NCBI GenBank assembly: GCA_043228905.1
Contig: JBHGNT010000302.1
Span: 1-37,330, forward strand
DNA: 37,330 nucleotides
Direction of reading: 5' to 3'
Source of the DNA: Azolla caroliniana
Lineage: Eukaryota; Plantae; Polypodiophyta
Shown: positions 21,201 through 33,796 of the stretch, one piece after another
How positions within the stretch are numbered: position 1 is the first letter of the stretch
Layout of the letters: the number at the start of each line of letters is the position of its first letter
Position numbers and translations under genes: made by a program
The notes under the pieces: model-generated
What the model was told of the DNA's origin: nothing
The model's database searches: none
The model's input: only the letters and a program-made list of their open reading frames with translations

Positions 21201-24200
21201 ACGACAAGGAATTAAAGAATCAGCATTTTGATACTCAGGTCGAGAGACATGAAGAAATTAGCAAATTTGAGGAGGGAGTTGAGAAGAGTCCGTGAGTAAA
21301 TTAAAATGTTCATACCTGGCTCGTGTGATATCGGATTTATGTGTTCAAACATACCAATCGAAGCTAGGAACGCTAGCTATGACATGGAATTAAAGAATCA
21401 AGATTTCGAATCTCAGGTCGAGAGACATGAAGAAATTAGCAAATTTGAGGAGGGAGTTGAGAAGGGCCCGTGAGTAAATTAAAATGTTCATACCTGGCAT
21501 GTGTGATATCGGATTTTTGTGTTCAAACTTACGAATCGAAGCTAAGAACGCTAGTTATGAAATGGAATTGAAGAATCAAGATTTCGAAACTCAGGTCGAG
21601 AGACATGACGTAATTAGCAACCATGACGAGGGAGTGGAGAAGGGCGTGTGAGTAAATTAAAATGTTCATACCTGGCTCGTGTGATATCGGATTTTTGTGT
21701 TCAAACATACCAATCGAAGCTAAGAACGCTAGCTATGACATGGAATTAAAGAATCAAGATTTCGAAACTCAAGTCGAGAGACATGAAGAAATTAGCTAAT
21801 TTGAGGAGGGAGCTAAAAGGAGCCCTTGAGTAAATTAAAATGTTCATACCTGGCGAGTGTGATATCGGATTTTTGTATTCAAACTTGCGAATCGAAGCTA
21901 ATAACGCTAGCTATGATATGGAATTAAAAAATCAAGATTTTGAAACTCAGGTCGAGAGACATGACGAAATTTGCAAACTTGAGGAGGGAGTTGAGAGGAG
22001 CCCTTGAGTAAATTAAAATGATTATACCTGGCTCGTGTGATATCGGATTTTTGTGTTCAAACATACGAAGCGAAGCTAAGAACGCTAGCTATGATACGGA
22101 ATTAAAAAATCAAGATTTTGAAACTCAGGTCGAGAGATATGAAGAAATTAGCAAACTTTAGGAGGTTAGCAAATTTGAGGAGGGAGTGGAGAAGGGCCCG
22201 TGAGTATATTAAAATGTTCATACCTGGCTCGTGTGATATCGGATTTTTGTGTTCAAACATACCAATCGAAGCTAAGAACGCTAGCTATGACATGGAATTA
22301 AAGAATCAAGATTTCGAAACTCAGGTCGAGAGACATGAAGAAATTAGCAAATTTGAGGAGGGAGTTGAGAAGGGCCCGTGAGTAAATTAAAATGTTCATA
22401 CCTGGCTCGTGTGATATCGAATTTTTGTGTTCAAACATACGAATGGAAGCTAAGAACGCTAGCTATGACATGGAATTAAAAAATCAAGATTTGAAACTCA
22501 GGTCTAGAGATATGAAGAAATTAGCAAATTTGAGGAGGGAGTTGAGAAGGGCCCATGAGTAAATTAAAATATTCATACCTGGCTCGTGTGATATCGGATT
22601 TTTGTGTTCAAACATACGAATCGAAGCTAAGAACACTAGCTATGACATGGAATTCAGAAATCAAGATTTTGAAACTCAGGTCGGGAGAAATGAAGAAATT
22701 AGCAAATTTGAGGAGGGAGTTGAGAAGGGCCCGTGAGTATATTAAAATGTTCATACCTGGCTCGTGTGATATCGGATTTTTGTGTTCAAACATACCAATC
22801 GAAGCTAAGAACGCTAGCTATGACATGGAATTAAAGAATCAAGATTTCGAAACTCAGGTCGAGAGACATGAAGAAATTAGCAAATTTGAGGAGGGAGTTG
22901 AGAAGGGCCCGTGAGTAAATTAAAATGTTCATACCTGGCTCGTGTGATATCGAATTTTTGTGTTCAAACATACGAATGGAAGCTAAGAATGCTAGCTATG
23001 ACATGGAATTAAAGAATCAAGATTTCGAAACTCAGGTCGAGACACATGAAGAAATTAGCAAATTTGAGGAGGGAGTTGAGAAGGGCCCGTGTGATATCGG
23101 ATTTATGTGTTCAAACATTGGAATCGAAGCTAGGAACGCTAGCTATGACATGGAATTAAAAAACCAACATTTTGATACTCAGGTCGAGAGACATGAAGAA
23201 ACTAGCAAATTTGAGGAGGGAGTTGAGAAGGGCGCGTAAGTAAATTAAAATGTTCATACCTGGCATGTCTGATATCGGATTTTTGTGTTCAAACATTGGA
23301 ATCGAAGCTAGGAACGCTAGCTATGACATGGAATTAAAAAAGCAACATTTTGATACTCAGGTCGAGAGACATGAAGAAACTAGCAAATTTGAGGAGGGAG
23401 TTGAGAAGGGCGCGTAAGTAAATTAAAATGTTCAGACCTGGCATGTGTGATATCGGATTTTTGTGTTCAAACATACGAATCGAAGCTAAGAACACTAGCT
23501 ATGAAATCGAATTAAAGAATCAAGATTTTGAAACAAAGGTCGAGAGACAAGGAGAAATTAGCAAATTTGAGGAAGGAGTTGAGAAGGGCCCGTGAGTAAA
23601 TTAAAATGTTCATACCTGGTTCGTGTGATATCGGATTTTTGTGTTCAAACATACCAATCGAAGCTAAGAACGCTAGCTATGAAATGGAATTCAAGAATCA
23701 AGATTTCGAAACTCAGGTCGAGAGACATGAAGAAATTAGCAAATTTGAGGAGGGAGTTGAGAAGGGCCCGTGAGTAAATTAAAATGTTCATACCTGGCTC
23801 GTGTGATATCGAATTTTTGTGTTCAAACATACGAATGGAAGCTAAGAACGCTAGCTATGACATGGAATTAAAAAATCAAGATTTGAAACTCAGGTCTAGA
23901 GATATGAAGAAATTAGCAAATTTGAGGAGGGAGTTGAGAAGGGCCCATGAGTAAATTAAAATATTCATACCTGGCTCGTGTGATATCGGATTTTTGTGTT
24001 CAAACATACGAATCGAAGCTAAGAACACTAGCTATGACATGGAATTCAGAAATCAAGATTTTGAAATTCAGGTCGGGAGAAATGAAGAAATTAGCAAATT
24101 TGAGGAGGGAGTTGAGAAGGGCCCGTGAGTAAATTAAAATGTTCATACCTGGCTCGTGTGATATCGGATTTTTGTGTTCAAACATACCAATCGAAGCTAA

Positions 24201-27200
24201 GAACGCTAGCTATGACATGGAATTAAAGAATCAAGATTTCGAAACTCAGGTCGAGAGACATGAAGAAATTAGCAAATTTGAGGAGGGAGTTGAGAAGGGC
24301 CCGTGAGTAAATTAAAATGTTCATACCTGGCTCGTGTGATATCGAATTTTTGTGTTCAAACATACGAATGGAAGCTAAGAATGCTAGCTATGACATGGAA
24401 TTAAAGAATCAAGATTTCGAAACTCAGGTCGAGACACATGAAGAAATTAGCAAATTTGAGGAGGGAGTTGAGAAGGGCCCGTGTGATATCGGATTTATGT
24501 GTTCAAACATTGGAATCGAAGCTAGGAACGCTAGCTATGACATGGAATTAAAAAACCAACATTTTGATACTCAGGTCGAGAGACATGAAGAAACTAGCAA
24601 ATTTGAGGAGGGAGTTGAGAAGGGCGCGTAAGTAAATTAAAATGTTCATACCTGGCATGTCTGATATCGGATTTTTGTGTTCAAACATTGGAATCGAAGC
24701 TAGGAACGCTAGCTATGACATGGAATTAAAAAAGCAACATTTTGATACTCAGGTCGAGAGACATGAAGAAACTAGCAAATTTGAGGAGGGAGTTGAGAAG
24801 GGCGCGTAAGTAAATTAAAATGTTCAGACCTGGCATGTGTGATATCGGATTTTTGTGTTCAAACATACGAATCGAAGCTAAGAACACTAGCTATGAAATG
24901 GAATTAAAGAATCAAGATTTTGAAACAAAGGTCGAGAGACATGGAGAAATTAGCAAATTTGAGGAAGGAGTTGAGAAGGGCCCGTGAGTAAATTAAAATG
25001 TTCATACCTGGTTCGTGTGATATCGGATTTTTGTGTTCAAACATACGAATCGAAGCTAAGAACGCTAGCTATGAAATGGAATTCAAAAATCAAAATTTCG
25101 AAACTCAGGTCGAGAGACATGAAGAAATTAGCAAATTTGAGGAAGGAGTTGAGAAGGGCCCGTGAGTAAATTAAAATGTTCATACCTGGTTCGTGTGATA
25201 TCGGATTTTTGTGTTCAAACATACGAATCGAAGCTAAGAACGCTAGCTATGAAATGGAATTCAAAAATCAAGATTTCGAAACTCAGGTCGAGAGACATGA
25301 AGAAATTAGCAAATTTGAGGAGGGAGTTGAGAAAGGCCCGTGAGTAAATTAAAATGTTCATACCTGGCTCTTGTGATATCGGATTTTTGTGTTCAAACAT
25401 ACGAATCGAAGCTAAGAACGCTAGCTATGAGATGGAATTAAAGAATCAAAATTTCGAAACTCAGGTTGACAGACATGAAGAAATTAGCAAATTTGAGGAG
25501 GGTGTTGAGAAGGGCCCGTGAGTAAATTAAAATGTTCATACCTCGCATGTGTGATATCGGATTTTGGTGTTCAAAAATAGGAATCGAAGCTAAGAACGCT
25601 AGCTATGACATGGAATTAGAAAATAGAGATTTTGAAACTCAAGTCAAGAGACATGAAGAAATTAGCAAATTTGAGGAGGGAGTTGAGAAGAGTCCGTGAG
25701 TAAATTAAAATGTTCATACCTGGCTCGTGTGATATCGGATTTATGTGTTCAAACATTGGAATCGAAGCTAGGAATGCTAGCTATGACATGGAATTAAAAA
25801 ATCAGCATTTTGATACTCAGGTCGAGAGACATGAAGAAATTAGCAAATTTGAGGAGGGAGTTGAGAAGGGCCCGTGAGTAAATTAAAATGTTCATACCTG
25901 GCATGTGTGATATCGGATTTTTGTGTTCAAACATACGAATCGAAGCTAAGAACACTAGCTATGACATGGAATTAAAGAATCAGCATTTTGATACTCAGGT
26001 CGAGAGACATGAAGAAATTAGCAAATTTGAGGAGGGAGTTGAGAAGGGCCCGTGAGTAAATTGAAATGTTCATACCTGGCTCGTGTGATATCGGATTTTT
26101 GTGTTCAAACATACGAATCGAAGCTAACAACGCTAGCTATGACATGGAATTCAAAAATCAAGATTTTGAAACTCATGTCGAGAGACATGAAGAACTTAGC
26201 AAATTTGAGGAAGGCGTTGATAAGGGCCCGTGAGGAAATTAAAATGTTTATTCCTGGCATGTGTGATATCGGATTTTTGTGTTCAAACATACGAATCGAA
26301 GCTAAGAACACTAGATATGACATGGAATTAAAGAATCAGCATTTTGATACTCAGGTCGAGAGAAATGAAAAAATTAGCAAATTTGAGGAGGGAGTTGAGA
26401 AGGGCCCGTGAGTAAATTAAAATGTTCATACCTGGCATGTGTGATATCGGATTTTTGTGTTCAAACATACGAATCGAAGCTAAGAACGCTAGCTATGACA
26501 TGGAATTAAAGAATCAAGATTTTGAAACTTAGGTCAAGAGACATGAAGAAATTAGCAAATTTGAGGAGGGAGTTGAGAAGGGCCCGTGAGTATATTAAAA
26601 TGTTCATACCTGGCTCGTGTGATATCGGATTTTTGTGTTCAAACATACCAATCGAAGCTAAGAACGCTAGCTATGACATGGAATTCAAAAATCAAGATTT
26701 TGAAACTCAGGTCGAGAGACATGAAGAAATTAGCAAATTTGAGGAGGGAGTTGAGAAGGGCGTGTGAGTAAATTAAAATGTTCATACCTGGCTCGTGTGA
26801 TATCGGATTTTTGTGTTCAAACATACCAATCGAAGCTAAGAACGCTAGCTATGACATGGAATTAAAGAATCAAGATTTCGAAACTCAAGTCGAGAGACAT
26901 GAAGAAATTAGCAAATTTGAGGAGGGAGTTGAGAAGGGCCCGTGAGTAAATTAAAATGTTCATACCTGGCATGTGTGATATCGTATTTTTGTGTTCAAAC
27001 ATACGAATCGAAGCTAAGAACGCTAGCTATGACATGGAATTAAAGAATCAAGATTTTTAAACTTAGGTCGAGAGACATGAAGAAATTAGCAAATTTGAGG
27101 AGGGAGTTGAGAAGGGCCCGTGAGTATATTAAAATGTTCATACCTGGCTCGTGTGATATCGGATTTTTGTGTTCAAACATACCAATCGAAGCTAAGACTG

Positions 27201-28362
27201 CTAGCTATGACATGGAATTCAAAAATCAAGATTTTGAAAATCAGGTCGAGAGACATGAAGAAATTAGCAAATTTGAGGAGGGAGTTTAGAAGGGCCGGTG
27301 AGTAAATTAAAATGTTCATACCTCGCATGTGTGATATCGGATTTTGGTGTTCAAACATAGGAATCGAAGCTAAGAACGTTAGCTACGACATGGAATTAGA
27401 AATTAGAGATTTTGAAAGTCAAGTCAAGAGACATGAAGAAATTAACAAATTTGAGGAGGGAGTTGAGAAGAGTCCGTGAGTAAATTAAAATGTTCATACC
27501 TGGCTCGTGGGATATCAGATTTATGTGTTCAAACATTGGAATCCAAGCTAGGAACGCTAGCTATGACATTGGAATCCAAGCTAGGAACGCTAGGAACGCT
27601 AGCATTTTGATACTCAGGTCGAGAGACATGAAGAAATTAGCAAATTTGAGGAGGGAGTTGAGAAGGGCCCGTGAGTAAATTAAAATGTTCATACCTGGCA
27701 TGTGTGATATCGGATTTTTGTGTTCAAACATACGAATCGAAGCTAAGAACACTAGCTACGACAAGGAATTAAAGAATCAGCATTTTGATACTCAGGTCGA
27801 GAGACATGAAGAAATTAGCAAATTTGAGGAGGGAGTTGAGAAGAGTCCGTGAGTAAATTAAAATGTTCATACCTGGCTCGTGTGATATCGGATTTATGTG
27901 TTCAAACATACCAATCGAAGCTAGGAACGCTAGCTATGACATGGAATTAAAGAATCAAGATTTCGAATCTCAGGTCGAGAGACATGAAGAAATTAGCAAA
28001 TTTGAGGAGGGAGTTGAGAAGGGCCCGTGAGTAAATTAAAATGTTCATACCTGGCATGTGTGATATCGGATTTTTGTGTTCAAACTTACGAATCGAAGCT
28101 AAGAACGCTAGTTATGAAATGGAATTGAAGAATCAAGATTTCGAAACTCAGGTCGAGAGACATGACGTAATTAGCAACCATGACGAGGGAGTTGAGAAGG
28201 GCGTGTGAGTAAATTAAAATGTTCATACCTGGCTCGTGTGATATCGGATTTTTGTGTTCAAACATACCAATCGAAGCTAAGAACGCTAGCTATGACATGG
28301 AATTAAAGAATCAAGATTTCGAAACTCAAGTCGAGAGACATGAAGAAATTAGCTAATTTGAG
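15249..28362 (+). repeat. 6557-bp (37-monomer) tandem duplication: 15249-21805 and 21806-28362
   Basis: ORF track repeats with a constant 6557 offset (15561/22118, 16368/22925, 19495/26052, 20933/27490); 37x178 +18 -1 -31 -1 -31 +17 = 6557. Confidence 0.93.
15745..18528 (+). repeat. 8-monomer tandem duplication, period 1392 bp (repeated at ~22302-25085 inside the second 6557-bp copy)
   Basis: Offsets 15998/17390, 16368/17760 and 17035/18427; 8x178 -31 -1 = 1392. Boundaries approximate. Confidence 0.9.
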
Positions 28363-30419
28363 GAGGGAGTTGAGAAGGGCCCGTGAGTAAATTAAAATGT
28401 TCATACCTGGCATGTGTGATATCGGATTTTTGTGTTCAAACATACGAATCGAAGCTAAGAACGCTAGCTATGAAACGGAATTAAAGAATCAAGATTTCGA
28501 AACTCAGGTCGAGAGACATGAATAAATTAGCAAATTTGAGGAGGGAGTTGAGAAGGGCCCGTAAGTAAATTAAAATGTTCATACCTCGCCCGTGTGATAT
28601 CGAATTTTTGTGTTCAAACATACGAATCGAAGCTAAGAATGCTAGCTATGACATGGAATTAAAGAATCAAGATTTCGAAACTCGGGTCGAGAGACATGAA
28701 GAAATTAGCAAATTTGAGGAGGGAGTTTAGAAGGGCCGTGAGTAAATTAAAATGTTAATACCTGGCTCGTGTGATATTGGATTTTTGTGTTCAAACATAC
28801 AAATCGAAGCTAAGAATGCTAGCTATGACATGGAATTCAAAAATCAAGATTTTGAAACTCAGGTCGAGAGACATGAAGAAATTAGGAGATTTTGAGGAGG
28901 GAGTTGAGAAGGGCCCGTGAGTAAATTAAAATGTTCATACCTGCTCGTGTGATATCGGAGTTTTATGTTCAAACATTCGAATCGAAGCTAAGAACGCAAG
29001 CTATGAAATGGAATTCAAAAATCAAGATTTCGAAACTTAGGTCGAGAGACATGAAGAAATTAGCAAATTTGAGGAGGGAGTTCAGAAGGGCAAGTAAGTA
29101 AATTAAAATGTTCATACGTGGCTTGTGTGATATCGGATTTTTGTGTTCAAACATACCAATCGAAGCTAAGAACGCTAGCTATGACGTGGAATTAAAGAAT
29201 CAAGATTTCGAAACTCAAGTCGAGAGACATGAAGAAATTAGCAAATTTGAGGAAGGAGTTGAGAAGGGCCCGTGAGTAAATGAAAATGTTCATACCTGGC
29301 ATGTGTGATATCGGATTTTTGTGTTCAAACATACGAATCGAAGCTAAGAACGCTAGCTATGAAATGGAATTCAAAAATCAAGATTTCGAAATTCAGGTCG
29401 AGAGACATGAAGATTTTAGCAAATTTGAGGAGGGAGTTCAGAAGGGCCCGTGAGTAAATTAAAATGTTCATACCTGGCTCGTGTGATATCGAATTTTCGT
29501 GTTCAAACATACGAATCGAAGCTAAGAACGCTAGCTATGATATGGAGTTAAAAAATCAAGATTTTGAAACTCAGGTCGAGAGACATGATGAAATTAGCAA
29601 CCTTGATGAGGGAGTTGAGAGGAGCCCTTGAGTAAATTAAAATGTTCATACCTGCCTCATGTGATATCGGATTTTTGTGTTCAAACATACCAATCGAAGC
29701 TAAGAACGCTAGCTATGTCATGGAATTATAGAATCAAGATTTTGAAACTCAGGTCAAGAGACATGAAGAAATTAGCAAATTTGAGCAGGGAGTTGAGAGG
29801 AGCCCTTGAGTAAATTAAAATGTTCATACCTGGCATGTGTGATATTGGATTTTTGTGTTCAAACATACGAATCGAAGCTAGCAACGCTAGCTATGATATG
29901 GAGTTAAAAAATCAAGATTTTGAAACTCAGGTCGAGAGACATGATGAAATTAGCAACCTTGATGAGGGAGTTGAGAGGAGCCCTTGAGTAAATTAAAATG
30001 TTCATACCTGGCTCGTGTGATATCGCATTTTTGTATTCACACATACGAATCGAAGCTAAGAACGCTAGCTATGACATGGAATTCAAAAATCAAGATTTTG
30101 AAACTCAGGTCGAGAGACATGAAGAAATTAGCAAATTTGAGGAGGGAGTTGAGAAGGGCGTGTGAGTAAATTAAAATGTTCATACCTGGCTCGTGTGATA
30201 TCGGATTTTTGTGTTCAAACATACCAATCGAAGCTAAGAACGCTAGCTATGACATGGAATTAAAGAATCAAGATTTCGAAACTCAAGTCGAGAGACATGA
30301 AGAAATTAGCAAATTTGAGGAGGGAGTTGAGAAGGGCCCGTGAGTAAATTAAAATGTTCATACCTGGCATGTGTGATATCAGATTTTTGTGTTCAAACTT
30401 ACGAATCGAAGCTAAGAAC

Positions 30420-31946
30420 GCTAGCTATGACATGGAATTCAAAAATCAAGATTTTGAAACTCAGGTCGAGAGACATGAAGAAATTAGCAAATTTGAGGAG
30501 GGAGTTGAGAAGGGCGTGTGAGTAAATTAAAATGTTCATACCTGGCTCGTGTGATATCGGATTTTTGTGTTCAAACATACCAATCGAAGCTAAGAACGCT
30601 AGCTATGACATGGAATTAAAGAATCAAGATTTCGAAACTCAAGTCGAGAGACATGAAGAAATTAGCAAATTTGAGGAGGGAGTTGAGAAGGGCCCGTGAG
30701 TAAATTAAAATGTTCATACCTGGCATGTGTGATATCGTATTTTTGTGTTCAAACATACGAATCGAAGCTAAGAACGCTAGCTATGACATGGAATTAAAGA
30801 ATCAAGATTTTTAAACTTAGGTCGAGAGACATGAAGAAATTAGCAAATTTGAGGAGGGAGTTGAGAAGGGCCCGTGAGTATATTAAAATGTTCATACCTG
30901 GCTCGTGTGATATCGGATTTTTGTGTTCAAACATACCAATCGAAGCTAAGACTGCTAGCTATGACATGGAATTCAAAAATCAAGATTTTGAAAATCAGGT
31001 CGAGAGACATGAAGAAATTAGCAAATTTGAGGAGGGAGTTTAGAAGGGCCGGTGAGTAAATTAAAATGTTCATACCTCGCATGTGTGATATCGGATTTTG
31101 GTGTTCAAACATAGGAATCGAAGCTAAGAACGTTAGCTACGACATGGAATTAGAAATTAGAGATTTTGAAAGTCAAGTCAAGAGACATGAAGAAATTAAC
31201 AAATTTGAGGAGGGAGTTGAGAAGAGTCCGTGAGTAAATTAAAATGTTCATACCTGGCTCGTGGGATATCAGATTTATGTGTTCAAACATTGGAATCCAA
31301 GCTAGGAACGCTAGCTATGACATTGGAATCCAAGCTAGGAACGCTAGGAACGCTAGCATTTTGATACTCAGGTCGAGAGACATGAAGAAATTAGCAAATT
31401 TGAGGAGGGAGTTGAGAAGGGCCCGTGAGTAAATTAAAATGTTCATACCTGGCATGTGTGATATCGGATTTTTGTGTTCAAACATACGAATCGAAGCTAA
31501 GAACACTAGCTACGACAAGGAATTAAAGAATCAGCATTTTGATACTCAGGTCGAGAGACATGAAGAAATTAGCAAATTTGAGGAGGGAGTTGAGAAGAGT
31601 CCGTGAGTAAATTAAAATGTTCATACCTGGCTCGTGTGATATCGGATTTATGTGTTCAAACATACCAATCGAAGCTAGGAACGCTAGCTATGACATGGAA
31701 TTAAAGAATCAAGATTTCGAATCTCAGGTCGAGAGACATGAAGAAATTAGCAAATTTGAGGAGGGAGTTGACAAGGGCCCGTGAGTAAATTAAAATGTTC
31801 ATACCTGGCATGTGTGATATCGGATTTTTGTGTTCAAACTTACGAATCGAAGCTAAGAACGCTAGTTATGAAATGGAATTGAAGAATCAAGATTTCGAAA
31901 CTCAGGTCGAGAGACATGACGTAATTAGCAACCATGACGAGGGAGT
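30420..31946 (+). repeat. Third, non-adjacent copy of the block at ~20110-21635 / ~26666-28192
   Basis: Constant offset 3754 from the second copy (27077/30831, 27490/31244, 27561/31315); carries the same +17-bp rearranged monomer. Confidence 0.88.
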
Positions 31947-33796
31947 TGAGAGGAGCCCTTGAGTAAATTAAAATGTTCATACGTGGCGAGTGTGATATCG
32001 GATTTTTGTGTTCAAACATGCGAATCGAAGCTATCAACGCTAGCTATGATGCGGAATTAAAAACTCAAGATTTTGAAACTCAGGTCGAGAGATATGAAGA
32101 AATTAGCAAACTTTAGGAGGGGGTTGAGAGGAGCCCTTGAGTAAATTAAAATGTTCATACCTGGCTCGTGTGATATCGGGTTTTTGTGTTCAAACATGCG
32201 AATCGAAGCTAACTACGCTCGCTATGATACGGAATTAAAAAATCAAGATTCTGAAACTCAGGTCGAGAGACATGACGAAATTAGCAAACATGAGGAGGGA
32301 GTTGAGAGGAGCCCTTGAGTAAATTAAAATGTTCATATCTTGCGAGTGTGATATCGGATTTTTGTGTTCAAACATGCGAATAGAAGTTAACTACGCTAGC
32401 TATGATACAGAATTAAAAAATCAAGAATTTGAAACTCAGGTCGAGAGATATGAAGAAATTAGAAAACTTTAGGAGGTGGTTGAGAGGAGCCCTTGAGTAA
32501 ACATGCGAATCGAAGCTAACAACGATAGCTATGATATGGAATTAAAAAATCAAGATTTTGAAATTCAGGTCGAGAGACATGACGAAATTTGCAAACTTGA
32601 GGAGGGAGTTGAGAGGATGCCTTGAGTAAATTAAAATGATCATACCTGGCTCGTCTCATATCGGATTTTTGTGTTCAAACATGCGAACAGAAGCTAACTC
32701 CGCTAGCTATGATACAGAATTAAAAAATCAAGAATTTGAAACTCAGGTCGAGAGATATGAAGAAATTAGCAAACTTTAGGAGGTGGTTGAGAGGAGCCCT
32801 TGAGTAAACATGCGAATCGAAGCTAACAACGATAGCTATGATATGGAATTAAAAAATCAAGATTTTGAAACTCAGGTCGAGAGACATGAAGAAATTAGCA
32901 AATTTGAGGAGGGAGTTGAGAAGGGCGTGTGAGTATAGTAAAATGTTCATACCTGGCTCGTGTGATATCGGATTTTTGTCTTCAAACATACCAATCGAAG
33001 CTAAGAACGCTAGCTATGAAATGGAATTAAAGAATAAAGATTTCGAAACTCAGGTCGAGAGACATGAAGAAATTAGCAAATTTGAGGAGGGAGTTGAGAA
33101 GGGCCCGTGAGTAAATTAAAATGTTCATACCTGGCATGTGTGATATCGGATTTTTGTGTTCAAACTTACGAATCGAAGCTAAGAACGCTAGCTATAAAAT
33201 GGAATTAAAGAATCAAGATTTCGAAACTCAAGTCGAGAGACATGAAGAAATTAGCAAATTTGAGGAGGGAGTTGAGAAGGGCCAGTGAGTAAATTAAAAT
33301 GTTCATACCTGGCATGTGTGATATCAGATTTTTGTGTTCAAACTTACGAATCGAAGCTAAGAACGCTAGCTATGACATGGAATTAAAGAATCAAGATTTT
33401 GAAACTCAGGTCAAGAGACATGAAGAAATTAGCAAATTTGAGGAGGGAGTTGAGAGGAGCCCGTGAGTAAATTAAAATGTTCATACCTGGCTCGTGTGAT
33501 ATCAGATTTTTGTATTCAAACATACCAATCTGCGCTAAGAACGCTAGCTATGACATGGAATTCAAAAATCAAGATTTCGAAACTCAGGTCGAGAGACATG
33601 AAGAAATTAGGAGATTTGAGGAGGGAGTTGAGAAGGGCCCGTGAGTAAATTAAAATGTTCATACCTGGCATGTGTGATATCGGATTTTTGTGTTCAAATA
33701 TACGAATCGAATCTAAAAACGCTAGCTATGAAATGGAATTCAAAAATCCAGATTTCGAAACTCAGGTCGAGAGACATGAAGAAATTAGCAAATTTG

